Source: an uncultured Opitutales bacterium
Lineage (GTDB): Bacteria; Myxococcota_A; UBA9160; SMWR01
DNA length: 64,000 nt
NCBI GenBank assembly: GCA_964194865.1
Contig: CAXMOC010000023.1
Coordinates: 1,400 to 65,399 of the forward strand
Direction of reading: 5' to 3'
The notes beneath the pieces were generated by a model. It did not search any database. It had not been told where the DNA came from and saw only the letters and a list, made by a program, of their open reading frames with translations. Shown in pieces: positions 28,045 to 37,052 of this stretch (its first letter is position 1; the number at the start of each line of letters is the position of its first letter). The translations under genes were made by a program, and so were the position numbers.

Positions 28045-28682
28045 TGGGCTCGCCCGAGGAGCTTGGCTACTACGGGATGATCGAGACTCTGGATTTCCTT
28101 TCCAGAGAAAGCAATCTTCAACAGGTCACCAAGGCTATGCTCGGACCAAACAGGCTCACCAAAGTCGCCCGTTGAGATGAACACGTCATACCCGTGTGCC
28201 TCTCGGTTGGCGACCATGCGAACCCACCCGCGCTCGGCTTGCTCGGCAACCCGGCGAGCGCTCTCAAACCACGGATTGTCTGAACCGTCGGGATTCGGAA
28301 GGCGGATCGGCCAGAGGCGGAGCGAGCCCTGCGTCGTGACCACGACGCAGATTTCCACCCACTTCACCTCGGTCACCAACTCCTGGGCGACGTGGGGATG
28401 GACGTAGAATTGGGTCCCATCATCTTCCCAGTCGAGGAGCGAAGCTGGAATTCGCCACTCCTCGCCAGGGCGTACTCGGAACCATGTCTGCTTGCCCGGC
28501 TTGCCCACCGGGACGGACGTCAGGTGGCGCTGTGTGCTGACGAGCGCGTCAAAATCCTGGCGTTGCCGGAGCTCGTCAAGGTTGTCGAAGATGGAGCCGC
28601 CGCCGCTCGAGCGAGGCTCCTTGCCGGTCTTTTCTTCTTCGCTGGGTTGTTCGTTTTCGGTGGTAGTGTTGTCTTCGGCCAT
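28041..28682 (-). CDS. Hypothetical protein coupled to the polymerase (putative SSB/accessory factor)
   Basis: GTGA overlap with the pol start; aromatic- and beta-rich (KPGKQTWFRVRP, LWPIRLP, NPWFESA, WVRMVAN, GYDV, EPVW); acidic N-terminal tail. Confidence 0.75.
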   Translation of the reverse strand: MAEDNTTTENEQPSEEEKTGKEPRSSGGGSIFDNLDELRQRQDFDALVSTQRHLTSVPVGKPGKQTWFRVRPGEEWRIPASLLDWEDDGTQFYVHPHVAQELVTEVKWVEICVVVTTQGSLRLWPIRLPNPDGSDNPWFESARRVAEQAERGWVRMVANREAHGYDVFISTGDFGEPVWSEHSLGDLLKIAFSGKEIQSLDHPVVAKLLGRAQ

Positions 28683-28759
28683 GATCTTTTATCCCATGGC
28701 CTCGCAACTGCTATCATCAGAGTGCGTATCGTTCCGATGCTGGCTGCGAAGCCGGCTAT

Positions 28760-28786
28760 GGCCCCGGAGCGCTAGGCTCCGGGGCC
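28760..28786. promoter_or_regulatory. 11-bp perfect hairpin upstream of the SSB-like/pol genes
   Basis: GGCCCCGGAGC-GCTAG-GCTCCGGGGCC. Confidence 0.55.
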
Positions 28787-28809
28787 GATTTCAATTCCCG
28801 CCCCACTCA

Positions 28810-29064
28810 TCATTGGCTCTCCGTTCGCCGCAATGCAGTTGGCCCGCTAGGGCTTGGGTCGTGAGGCCCCACCTGAGCGGATCGCATCCACGCGAGCACT
28901 TCGTCCCGATCGACACGAAGCCAGCGTCGGCGGACGCGGTAGACTGGAAGGTCTCCCCGCCGAACGGCGCCACGCAGTGTGTCTTGGCTCACGCCTAGTA
29001 GGCAGGCGGCCCGGGGCAGTGTGAGGAACTGGGGGGCAGGTGTTGTTGATGATTCTGATGCCAT
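28810..29064 (-). CDS. Excisionase-like HTH_17 protein
   Basis: FLTLPRAACLLGVSQDTLRGAVRRGDLPVYRV...LRVDRDEVLAWM. Confidence 0.85.
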   Translation of the reverse strand: MASESSTTPAPQFLTLPRAACLLGVSQDTLRGAVRRGDLPVYRVRRRWLRVDRDEVLAWMRSAQVGPHDPSPSGPTALRRTESQ

Positions 29065-29113
29065 GTGGGGCCGTCTAGCACCACGTGGCCACCGTAAGGA
29101 ATAGGCGGTGGAA

Positions 29114-29974
29114 TTACTTACGGTTAAACCTTCTCCTGAACTCGGTCACGCGCGAACGAACCCCCTCACCATCGCAATCTGGCTTCTTCTCGATCTCTTG
29201 GACGAGCTGCGCAAGAAGCCCCCAGCGTCCCCTTACGCCGCGAAGGGCTTCTTCCATGTCCGCTAGGACCGGCGTGAGCCAGGGCCCGGGCGCGCCAGCC
29301 CCTTCCGCTCGCGGCCCTGCTCCGAAGTTCTCTTCCAAGTGCTCCAGCGTCCTTCTGAGCTGGGACGCCCTGCGGAGGCACCTCTGGGCATCCTTGGCGG
29401 TGCGTTTGGATTGCTTCTCATCGCCTTTGCGCTCGTAGAACCTAGACGCCTCCGTCAGCGCCGTAGCGTCGGATTCTTCCGCTTGAATCTCCCTTTCGAT
29501 CACGGCGAATGAGATGTCGTCCGCCCGCTCGACCCTGAAGTCATCGGGCTTTGGCCACCAGCTGGAATCTGGAAGCATCTCAGGAATTGCCACGTCGTCG
29601 TATCCATCGACGAAAATCTCCAGGGACTCCTCGATCTGTCGCCTATGCCCGCGGCCAAGCTTAAGGAGCCTGTCTACGAAATCGCTGCCCTCGAACCAGG
29701 CGAGGAGCGAACGTTCGAGAGCTTCGGGGTCGCGTCGAGTCAGGCTGAGATGTTCGCGCTGCTTGAAGCAGAAGCTTCCGAAGCGCACGACCGCCTTGCG
29801 GGCAGAAGGTCGTGTGAGCCGAGGAATTTCTAGTCTGGAGGAGCGGTCGTATTCTCGGAGCGATTCGGCGATAGCCTCGCCGATCGGTCCCCGGGCCCGG
29901 ACGACCTTCGCCCCTGGCAGGAAGGAGCGCTTTCTTCGATTGGGCCTCTTCGATTCTTCGGCTGCGTCAGCCAT
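29114..29974 (-). CDS. Hypothetical protein (element core)
   Basis: Long helical, charged ORF co-directional with the module; ATG 29974 chosen within ORF 29114-30064; no family recognised. Confidence 0.6.
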   Translation of the reverse strand: MADAAEESKRPNRRKRSFLPGAKVVRARGPIGEAIAESLREYDRSSRLEIPRLTRPSARKAVVRFGSFCFKQREHLSLTRRDPEALERSLLAWFEGSDFVDRLLKLGRGHRRQIEESLEIFVDGYDDVAIPEMLPDSSWWPKPDDFRVERADDISFAVIEREIQAEESDATALTEASRFYERKGDEKQSKRTAKDAQRCLRRASQLRRTLEHLEENFGAGPRAEGAGAPGPWLTPVLADMEEALRGVRGRWGLLAQLVQEIEKKPDCDGEGVRSRVTEFRRRFNRK

Positions 29975-30089
29975 CCCGCTACACCTCGCGGGTGCACCCC
30001 AAGTTGATGGAGGCTGGCCGCCGGGTGTGCGGCGGCCCCCGTTGCAACGGGTGCCTCCACTCAAGAGTCTAGCGATCGGATGAAGCTGG

Positions 30090-30395
30090 CTACAGCGACT
30101 GGAACTGCTTCAGGTTGCCAAGCGCGCGCCGCCGACCCTCCACCGTCCGCGGCCCGGTTGACAAGCCGCCGTGGTTCCGACACCGCCCGCTCTTGAGCCC
30201 CTTGCGGTGGCAAGGCCGCCCGAGCCGCGTCCGCGCCCCACAACGGCTTCCTACGAATCGCTGGATCTCGTACAGCGCCGCCCGTTGGCTCTTGACCTGA
30301 AAGAGGCGGTTCTCGAGAGTCTTCACGGTGCGTGCTGGTCGTTGCCAGCGGGTGTCGGTCATGCCTTGGAGTGTACGCTCAGACAGGTTACGCAC
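30090..30395 (-). CDS. HGGxSTG-domain protein
   Basis: RCGARTRLGRPC...GRCRNHGGLSTGPRTVEGRRR. Confidence 0.85.
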   Translation of the reverse strand: MRNLSERTLQGMTDTRWQRPARTVKTLENRLFQVKSQRAALYEIQRFVGSRCGARTRLGRPCHRKGLKSGRCRNHGGLSTGPRTVEGRRRALGNLKQFQSL

Positions 30396-30550
30396 CAGAA
30401 CCGGACTCCATGACGCGGGCGCGCGTTGTCAGGGACGTGTGACGTTACTAGACCCCTCCCCTGGCACGAGTCGTATCTACTGGCGGTGCAGCCGCACGCT
30501 GCTCGGTGTAGCCTTGAGTTGCTGGGTGCTACTCCGGGGAGAGTGAGCGT

Positions 30551-30720
30551 ATGAAGGAGGACAAAGAACCGCGCGAGTATCTGACGAGTCGCGAGGCGTG
30601 CGATCTCGTTGGCTACAGCCGTCCCGACGCGCTGCTGCGGGCTTGGCGTGCGGCCGGTGTTCAAGCGCGCTTCGGGGCGCATGCTTGTCGCGGTTGCGGG
30701 CCTTCCAGACGATGGCACGC
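30551..30720 (+). pseudogene. Frameshifted HTH (excisionase-like) remnant
   Basis: MKEDKEPREYLTSREACDLVGYSRPDALLRAWRAAG continues in another frame as PVFKRASGRMLVAVAGL. Confidence 0.45.
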
Positions 30721-31061
30721 CCGCTGCGGCGCTTTCGATACAACCTGGGCCACTAGCCTGGCATCGCGTTGGGGACTGGCCCCACAAGTTCGATCGCCGA
30801 ACCGGGGCTACCGTTTCAGGCCGTGGAGAGCGGTCGAAGGCAGCGGTCTTGAAATTCGCCGCTTTAGACACGTTCGGGTGTTCATCGCCAGCATCAGCGG
30901 GTTCCCTGCGTAGCCTGCGTGCGCATTAACTCGCGAGTAACATGCGCCCAGCTGCACACCGTGTGCAGCGATTTCGACGGCGATGCTACCGGATTCCGCT
31001 TAAGCTGAACATCTACACGTCATCATGTCTACTCTCACCGCCGGGTTCTAACGCGTCACGC

Positions 31062-34000
31062 TCACCCACGCAGCGGGTTGGTCTTGGCGTCCCTCTCGAG
31101 CATCGCGCCCACTTTCGAAAGAAACCGAGACGGGAGCGCGCGCAGATCATAGATGAAGGTGTACGCCACTGGGACGACGAGGAGTGTGAGAAATGTCGAA
31201 GAAAGCAGTCCTCCGATCACCAGAACGCCCATCGGATTTCGGAACTCGGCTGCGTCGCTCGTCGCAATCGCAACCGGGATCATTCCAAAGACGGTGGAAA
31301 ATGCAGTCATCAGGACTGGCCGCAGCCGGACGGGGCCTGCCCGAAGCATGGCGGTGCGCGCGTCGGAGCCCTGGTCACGAAGCTGGTTCGCGTAGTCGAC
31401 CAGCAGGATTCCATTCTTCATGACCAGACCCATCAGCGCCAGCAATCCAATCTGCGCCCAGATACTGAGGGGCATCCCGGTCACCGAGAGCGCGACAAAT
31501 GCGCCGACGAACGAAAGCGGCGCGCAGAGCATGATTACCGCGGGCTGGATGAAGCTGTTGAACTGGCTCGCAAGGATCATGTAGAGGGCGAGCAGTGCGA
31601 GCAGAAAGGAAAACCGAACGGCATCGACAGAGCTCTGCATTCGCTCGGCTGCGCCCTCGTATCGTCCCACGTAACCGGGCGGCAGACCGACCGCCGACAC
31701 GATCTCGTCCAGGCGCTCCACGGCGGTCCCGAGGGCAACTCCCTCCGGAGTGTTGGAGGATATCGTCACTTTCCTGGCGCGGTCCTGACGATCGATGCGA
31801 GCGGGAGCCGCGGCGATCCGGACACTGCCAACGTTGGAGAGCTCGATCAGCCTGCCGTTGACGGCCCGGATCTGCGCCCGTTCGAGCTCGTGAAGATCGT
31901 CGCGCTGTGTCTCTTCGAGGCGGACGCGCACGCCGTAGCGTTTCCCCGCCTCCTCGTATTGTGCGACTTCCACCCCGCCCACCAGCGCCCGAAGCGTCGT
32001 CGCCAGCGGGCGAAGTGGAACGCCCAGATCGGCGCTGCGCCGGCGGTCGATCAGGATCTGGACCTCGGGTTTCCCTGGCTCGAAGCTCAACGTCGTATCG
32101 ACATAGAGCGGGTCTGCGTGCATTTCGTCCGCGATCCGTTCGGCGGTTGCTTCTAGAACAGTCAGATCGTCGCCGGACAGTCCGTACTCGAGGGCGTAGG
32201 CCGTGAACCCCCCGCCCGAGATAAAGGGGACATCGTTGACCCCGACGCGCTTCGCATCGGGGGCCGCCCGGCGCATGGCCTCACGAATCTCGTCCATGAT
32301 CACGATCTGGCCGGTCGAGCGCTCCTGTTTGGGAGTGAGCTTGCCGTAGAAGCTGGCAACGTTCACTTGACCGCGGCTTCCGGAACCCACCGTCAGGAAT
32401 ACGCTCTCGACGTGATCGATCTCTTGAATCACCGAGGCGACCCGATGCCCGAGGGCTTTCGTCTTCTGGATGCCAGCACCGAGCGGAAGTTCGACGACGG
32501 CCTCGAATTCGCTGCGGTCCGACTTGGGCGAGAATTCGAGCGGGATGGTTCGCGCCGTCGAGACGCCGAGGTAGATCGCCGCCAGAGCGACCCCCACGAC
32601 GAGGGCGCGGTGCCGCAGCGCGTGTCCAAGGACGGTTGCGTAGGTGCGATCGAGCGCTTGGTAGAGTCGCTCGAAGGCCCGGAAAATGCGTCCGGAAGAG
32701 TTCTGCGAGCGCAGCGTATAAGCGCAGAGCATCGGAGTCAGTGTGAGCGCAACGAGGAGCGAGATCGCAACCGCAAATGAGATCGCGAGACCGTACTCAA
32801 AGAAGAAACGACCGATCACCCCCTGCATGAAGGCGATCGGCAGAAACACCGCCAGCACGGAAAGCGTTCCCGCGACCACTGCGAGACCCACCTCCGCGGT
32901 GCCCCGGGAGGCGGCTTCGAGGGGCGATCGTCCCTCTTCGATTTTACGATGGATGCTCTCGAGGACCACGATCGCGTCGTCGATCAGGAGTCCGATGGAG
33001 ACAGACAGAGCCATCAGTGTGAGGAGATTGAGCGTGAATCCCATGACGTAGAACATGAAGAACGTGGACACGATCGATGTTGGTATGGCGGTGGAGACAA
33101 TGAGAGTCGTCCGCAGACTTCTCAGAAAGGCGAAGGTCACCAGCACCGCGAGGAGGCCGCCGATGACCATGTCGATCCCGACGTCCCGCGCGGACGACTC
33201 GATGAAGCGCGACGTGTCTCGCGCCACCACGAGCTGGGTTCCGGGAGGAGCGGACCCCCGCAGCTTTTCGACTTCCGCATTGACTGCGCGAGCCACCTCC
33301 ACGACGTTGCGCCCGGACTGGCGACGAATCGCAAGAGAAATGCCCGGAACTCCGTTTAACTCGGCGTAGGTCCGCTCGTCTTCCAGCCCATCCTCGATAC
33401 GCGCGACATCCCGCACGAAAGTCGGCATACCGTCGCGATACGCGACTACGATGTCCCCGAATTCAGCGACGGATTCGGCTTCTCCCTTCGTCTTGACGGC
33501 GAATTCGCCCTGCCCGCCGGCCGTCTCGAGCAAGCCGCCGGGGATCTCGACATGTTCGGTGCGGATCGCTTGAATGACGTCGACCGCGGTGAGCGCGTAG
33601 CTCCGGAGGCGATCGGCGTCGAGCCAGACGCGAATCTCCCGCTCGCGGCCGCCCACGCGGGAGACCGAACCCACGCCGGGGAGCCGCTGGAGCCGCTCCT
33701 TGACGACGTCTTCCGCGTACTCGGTGAGCTCGGCGACGGGCAGCTCGCCGCCGATGAGTACGGAGAGTATGGGCGACGCGTCGGGATCGATCTTCTCGAC
33801 GATTGGAGATTCCGCTTCGGTCGGGATCTCACCCAGGGCAAGGGCAACCTGGTCGCGGACATCCTGGGCCTTGATGTCCACCGACTCCTCGAGCTCGAAC
33901 TGAATGAATACCTGGGAAAGACCTTCCGAGCTGATGGACTTGAGCGTCTTGATTCCAGAGATGGTGTTGATGTACTCCTCGATGACGTCTGTTACCTCGG

Positions 34001-34181
34001 TCTCAACCGCTCGCGGAGTCGCGCCCTCCAGGACGGTCGTCACGGCGAGGTAGGGAAATTCGACTCGCGGGAAAAGGTCGACGCCGATACGCCCGATCGA
34101 GATCAACCCGAGCGCGACCAGCGCTCCGATGAGCATGACGGCCAAGACCGGTCTCTGAATCGAGATGTCAGCGATTCGCAT
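31062..34181 (-). CDS. RND efflux permease (AcrB/HAE1 type)
   Basis: SIQRPV, DLFPRVEFP, GLLIDDAIVVLE, ALTLTPML, GLVMKNGILLVDY, RLRPVLMT; 1039 aa. Confidence 0.96.
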   Translation of the reverse strand: MRIADISIQRPVLAVMLIGALVALGLISIGRIGVDLFPRVEFPYLAVTTVLEGATPRAVETEVTDVIEEYINTISGIKTLKSISSEGLSQVFIQFELEESVDIKAQDVRDQVALALGEIPTEAESPIVEKIDPDASPILSVLIGGELPVAELTEYAEDVVKERLQRLPGVGSVSRVGGREREIRVWLDADRLRSYALTAVDVIQAIRTEHVEIPGGLLETAGGQGEFAVKTKGEAESVAEFGDIVVAYRDGMPTFVRDVARIEDGLEDERTYAELNGVPGISLAIRRQSGRNVVEVARAVNAEVEKLRGSAPPGTQLVVARDTSRFIESSARDVGIDMVIGGLLAVLVTFAFLRSLRTTLIVSTAIPTSIVSTFFMFYVMGFTLNLLTLMALSVSIGLLIDDAIVVLESIHRKIEEGRSPLEAASRGTAEVGLAVVAGTLSVLAVFLPIAFMQGVIGRFFFEYGLAISFAVAISLLVALTLTPMLCAYTLRSQNSSGRIFRAFERLYQALDRTYATVLGHALRHRALVVGVALAAIYLGVSTARTIPLEFSPKSDRSEFEAVVELPLGAGIQKTKALGHRVASVIQEIDHVESVFLTVGSGSRGQVNVASFYGKLTPKQERSTGQIVIMDEIREAMRRAAPDAKRVGVNDVPFISGGGFTAYALEYGLSGDDLTVLEATAERIADEMHADPLYVDTTLSFEPGKPEVQILIDRRRSADLGVPLRPLATTLRALVGGVEVAQYEEAGKRYGVRVRLEETQRDDLHELERAQIRAVNGRLIELSNVGSVRIAAAPARIDRQDRARKVTISSNTPEGVALGTAVERLDEIVSAVGLPPGYVGRYEGAAERMQSSVDAVRFSFLLALLALYMILASQFNSFIQPAVIMLCAPLSFVGAFVALSVTGMPLSIWAQIGLLALMGLVMKNGILLVDYANQLRDQGSDARTAMLRAGPVRLRPVLMTAFSTVFGMIPVAIATSDAAEFRNPMGVLVIGGLLSSTFLTLLVVPVAYTFIYDLRALPSRFLSKVGAMLERDAKTNPLRG

Positions 34182-35265
34182 GTCGGTCGGTCTCGACGAC
34201 GATCGGCGCCCCGGGCGTCAGGCGTCGGAGATCGGGGCCCACGAGGATGTGGTCGCCAGGGTCCAGACCCGCGAGAATCTCCATTCGGGTTATGTCCAGA
34301 TCCCGGGCTTTGACGGCACGGCGCACAGCAGTGTCACCCGAGGCGACGTACACGTACCGGCTCCCCTCGGGACCGAGGACGCCCTGGCGCTCCACGACCG
34401 TTGCGAGCCGCGGCTCGGGAAGGAGTTCTGCCTTTGCGAATAGACCCGGTTTGAGTTCTAGGTCCGGGTTTTCGATCGGAAGCCGCACTTCGAACGCCCG
34501 CGACACACGGTCTACCAGGTCGTTGAGGATGTAGACGGAACTCTCGTACTCGCGGTTCATGCCGTCGACCCACACGCGTGCCGGAGTGCCGACATGAACC
34601 TGCGAGAGGTGCACCTCTGGGATCTGAATGATGGCCCCCACGATGTCCATCTTCATGACCTGCACCACGGGTGAGTTCGAGCTCATCATGGTTCGCACCA
34701 TCGTGCCCTCGTGGACGTAGCGGTTGGTAACCGCGGCGGCATAGGGCGCGCGAACGACAGTATCTTCCAGGCGCTGGCGAGCGAGGGCGACGGCGGTCTT
34801 GGCGGTGCCCAGCCGGGCATCGGCGATTTCGTAGGCCGTCCTCACATCGTCGAGGCGGTCCTCGGATGCAACCGAGCTGCTGCGTAATGTCTCGATGCGG
34901 TCGCGTTCGCGTTCCGCGTTCTTTGCCTCCGCCTGGGCGAGCCGCATCGCGTGGCCGGCTTGTTCGAGGGCGATCTCGTAGTCGACCTGCCGAGTCCGGA
35001 AGAGAACATCACCGGCTTCGACCCGGTCTCCAACTTTGACGAAGATCTCTTCGATGATGCCGTCTACGCGCGGGCCGACGTCGGTCATCTTGTGTGGGGC
35101 GATGGTTCCGGTACCGAACACAGGCACGACGATGTGTTCGGCCTTGACGGACACTTCGCCGATCGTGATCGGCGGGCGTTCCGACGGTGCCGGATCCGTG
35201 GTGTCAGAGGCTCCACACCCGAGCCCGACGACTGACAGCGTGAGCGCTGTGGCCAGCGATCTCAC
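34168..35265 (-). CDS. RND membrane fusion (periplasmic adaptor) lipoprotein
   Basis: Lipobox VGLGC, VKVGDRVEAGD, coiled hairpin, VVRAPY, LKPGLFA; GTG start overlaps the TetR stop. Confidence 0.92.
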   Translation of the reverse strand: MRSLATALTLSVVGLGCGASDTTDPAPSERPPITIGEVSVKAEHIVVPVFGTGTIAPHKMTDVGPRVDGIIEEIFVKVGDRVEAGDVLFRTRQVDYEIALEQAGHAMRLAQAEAKNAERERDRIETLRSSSVASEDRLDDVRTAYEIADARLGTAKTAVALARQRLEDTVVRAPYAAAVTNRYVHEGTMVRTMMSSNSPVVQVMKMDIVGAIIQIPEVHLSQVHVGTPARVWVDGMNREYESSVYILNDLVDRVSRAFEVRLPIENPDLELKPGLFAKAELLPEPRLATVVERQGVLGPEGSRYVYVASGDTAVRRAVKARDLDITRMEILAGLDPGDHILVGPDLRRLTPGAPIVVETDRHANR

Positions 35266-35906
35266 TTCTGCTCTCGCTCTTCGAGAATGCGCTCGAAGAT
35301 CGCGCGAACGGCCGGCGCCGCGGCGGAGACGGGGCCTTTCCCCGATTCTTCCACCCAGCGTGCCGCCGCAGTGTTGACCGTACCGATGATCGAGACGGCC
35401 ACGGCCTCTGGATCGAGAGCCCCGAGGTAGCCCTGCTGCTTGGCCCTCGACGCGATGCCGATGACCCACGCTGTGAAGTCCTTGAAGATGTGAAGAGAGG
35501 GCTCTCCCATGGTCTGGCGCACCTTCCACGGAAGACCCTGGGTGCTGTGGGCGTAGAGGCGGAGCAGGTCAGCATGCTCTTCGAAGCAAGCGAAGAGCGA
35601 GTCGATTAGAGAAAGAAGCTGCTCTCGGGGATCCTCGATGGCGTCGACCTGGACTTGAACCTTGTCACGCACGGCTTCGGCCGCGCTGCGGATGACTTGC
35701 TGATAGAGCTCCTCCTTGCTGGGGAAGAGCTCGTAGAGCGACTTGGTCGAGAGTTCGGCGGCCGCCGAAATCTCCGCGACCTGTGCTCCCGGGAAACCCT
35801 TCGCCGCGAAAATCGCAGAAGCGGCAGTGATAACATCGGCCCGGCGCATCGCGGTCTCACGCTCGCGGCGCTCGGCGCGAGGCGACCTCGATTGGGAGTT
35901 CGCCAT
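35262..35906 (-). CDS. TetR/AcrR-family regulator
   Basis: AASAIFAAKGFPGAQVAEISAAAELSTKSLYELFPSKEEL. Confidence 0.92.
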   Translation of the reverse strand: MANSQSRSPRAERRERETAMRRADVITAASAIFAAKGFPGAQVAEISAAAELSTKSLYELFPSKEELYQQVIRSAAEAVRDKVQVQVDAIEDPREQLLSLIDSLFACFEEHADLLRLYAHSTQGLPWKVRQTMGEPSLHIFKDFTAWVIGIASRAKQQGYLGALDPEAVAVSIIGTVNTAAARWVEESGKGPVSAAAPAVRAIFERILEEREQK

Positions 35907-36111
35907 CTGCGAGCGGGTCCCCTCAGCCTTGCCTATCACGACGCGACCCTCTCCATCGGGAGAACAGCCGATGCTCGAATAACGACCAATTTCCTCCGTG
36001 TTCCACGGCTCCGGCGCGCCGTTAGCCGAGGCGACAGATCCGGCCGAAGGAGCGTTTTCGACCCAGAATATTGGCGGATCCCCATGGTAAAATTCATCAT
36101 ATCAATATCAT

Positions 36112-36142
36112 ACTCAATATTTTTTGAATGAAAATAGTGAGT
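36112..36142. promoter_or_regulatory. Putative TetR operator upstream of the efflux operon
   Basis: ACTCAATATTTT-N7-AAAATAGTGAGT, 12-bp inverted repeat with 1 mismatch in an AT-rich patch. Confidence 0.65.
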
Positions 36143-36229
36143 TTCCAACTCTTGAAGGAGAGGGAAGCCTCGGCCATCGGGATCGAATGAGGCAGTACCG
36201 TTCGGGCCTCACCCGGGCGTGCCGGTAGC

Positions 36230-37045
36230 TCAGGTGTCCGGGGGGGGCTGAACTTCCTCGAAGGTCGTCTCATAGCCCTCGTCATCGCGAATCTCGATGC
36301 ACTTGGCACCATTGCGATCGACGATGCGCGGCAGGACGGGCACCACTGGGCGCGCTCGCGACGCCGCGATGGCCTCGTCCGCGCTGCCGAACCCGCACAG
36401 TGTCTCGAGATTGCACCGCGCGGGGAAGATGATGCTTCGCTCCCCACGCCTGGATTGGGAGACCGCCTCTTCGGGTCGCAACCAGACGTGGTCGGTCGAT
36501 TCGATCCCGTCGTGTGCTGCTTCCTGACCTGGCGGTGTGCGAGCCGTGAAAAAGAGCGTATCGAAGCGGCGCGGGGCCAGCTCCGGCGTGATCCAGTGTC
36601 CGTGTACGGCGAGCTGGTCGCCAGCAAGAACCAGGTTCTCGGCCTCGACGATCTCACGAAACGACCGCTTGTGATCCTGGACGTCGAGACGATGAGGAGC
36701 GAGGTCCTTGGCGACGTCGGTGCCAACGATCTCCTTCTCGCCGGCGCGCCGCGCGAGCACGATGCCGGTTTCCTCGTACGCCTCGCGAATCGCAGCCACG
36801 ATGAACGCCAGCGCGAGGTCCGGTGCGACGGTCGGCGCCAGCGCTCGAGCGCCTTGCTCATCGATGCCACCGAGGCAGTCAGCAAGGCTGTGATCACTCT
36901 CGTCTACGCGGCCGCCGGGAAAGACATAGAGGCGGGGCAGGAACTCGCTCTTGACGCTCCGCTCGACCAGGAGCACCTCCGGTGCCGACGGGCCGTCCCG
37001 AAGCAAAATGACGGTCACTGCGGGAAGCGGTGTGGTGGGGGACAC
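36230..37045 (-). CDS. Nudix hydrolase (NUDT19-like, possible acyl-CoA diphosphatase)
   Basis: YVFPGGRVDESD, AAIREAYEETG, HWITP, RRFDTLFF; GTG start inferred. Confidence 0.88.
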   Translation of the reverse strand: MSPTTPLPAVTVILLRDGPSAPEVLLVERSVKSEFLPRLYVFPGGRVDESDHSLADCLGGIDEQGARALAPTVAPDLALAFIVAAIREAYEETGIVLARRAGEKEIVGTDVAKDLAPHRLDVQDHKRSFREIVEAENLVLAGDQLAVHGHWITPELAPRRFDTLFFTARTPPGQEAAHDGIESTDHVWLRPEEAVSQSRRGERSIIFPARCNLETLCGFGSADEAIAASRARPVVPVLPRIVDRNGAKCIEIRDDEGYETTFEEVQPPPDT

Positions 37046-37052
37046 GATCTTC

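Noticed and set aside
23591-30395. Intact prophage or conjugative element (ICE)
   Set aside because: No capsid, portal, large terminase, tail, lysis, relaxase or T4SS genes recognised between the att repeats
30823-30900. Functional tRNA-Ser gene
   Set aside because: Anticodon stem is mismatched and no T-arm or acceptor stem follows; kept only as a possible relic
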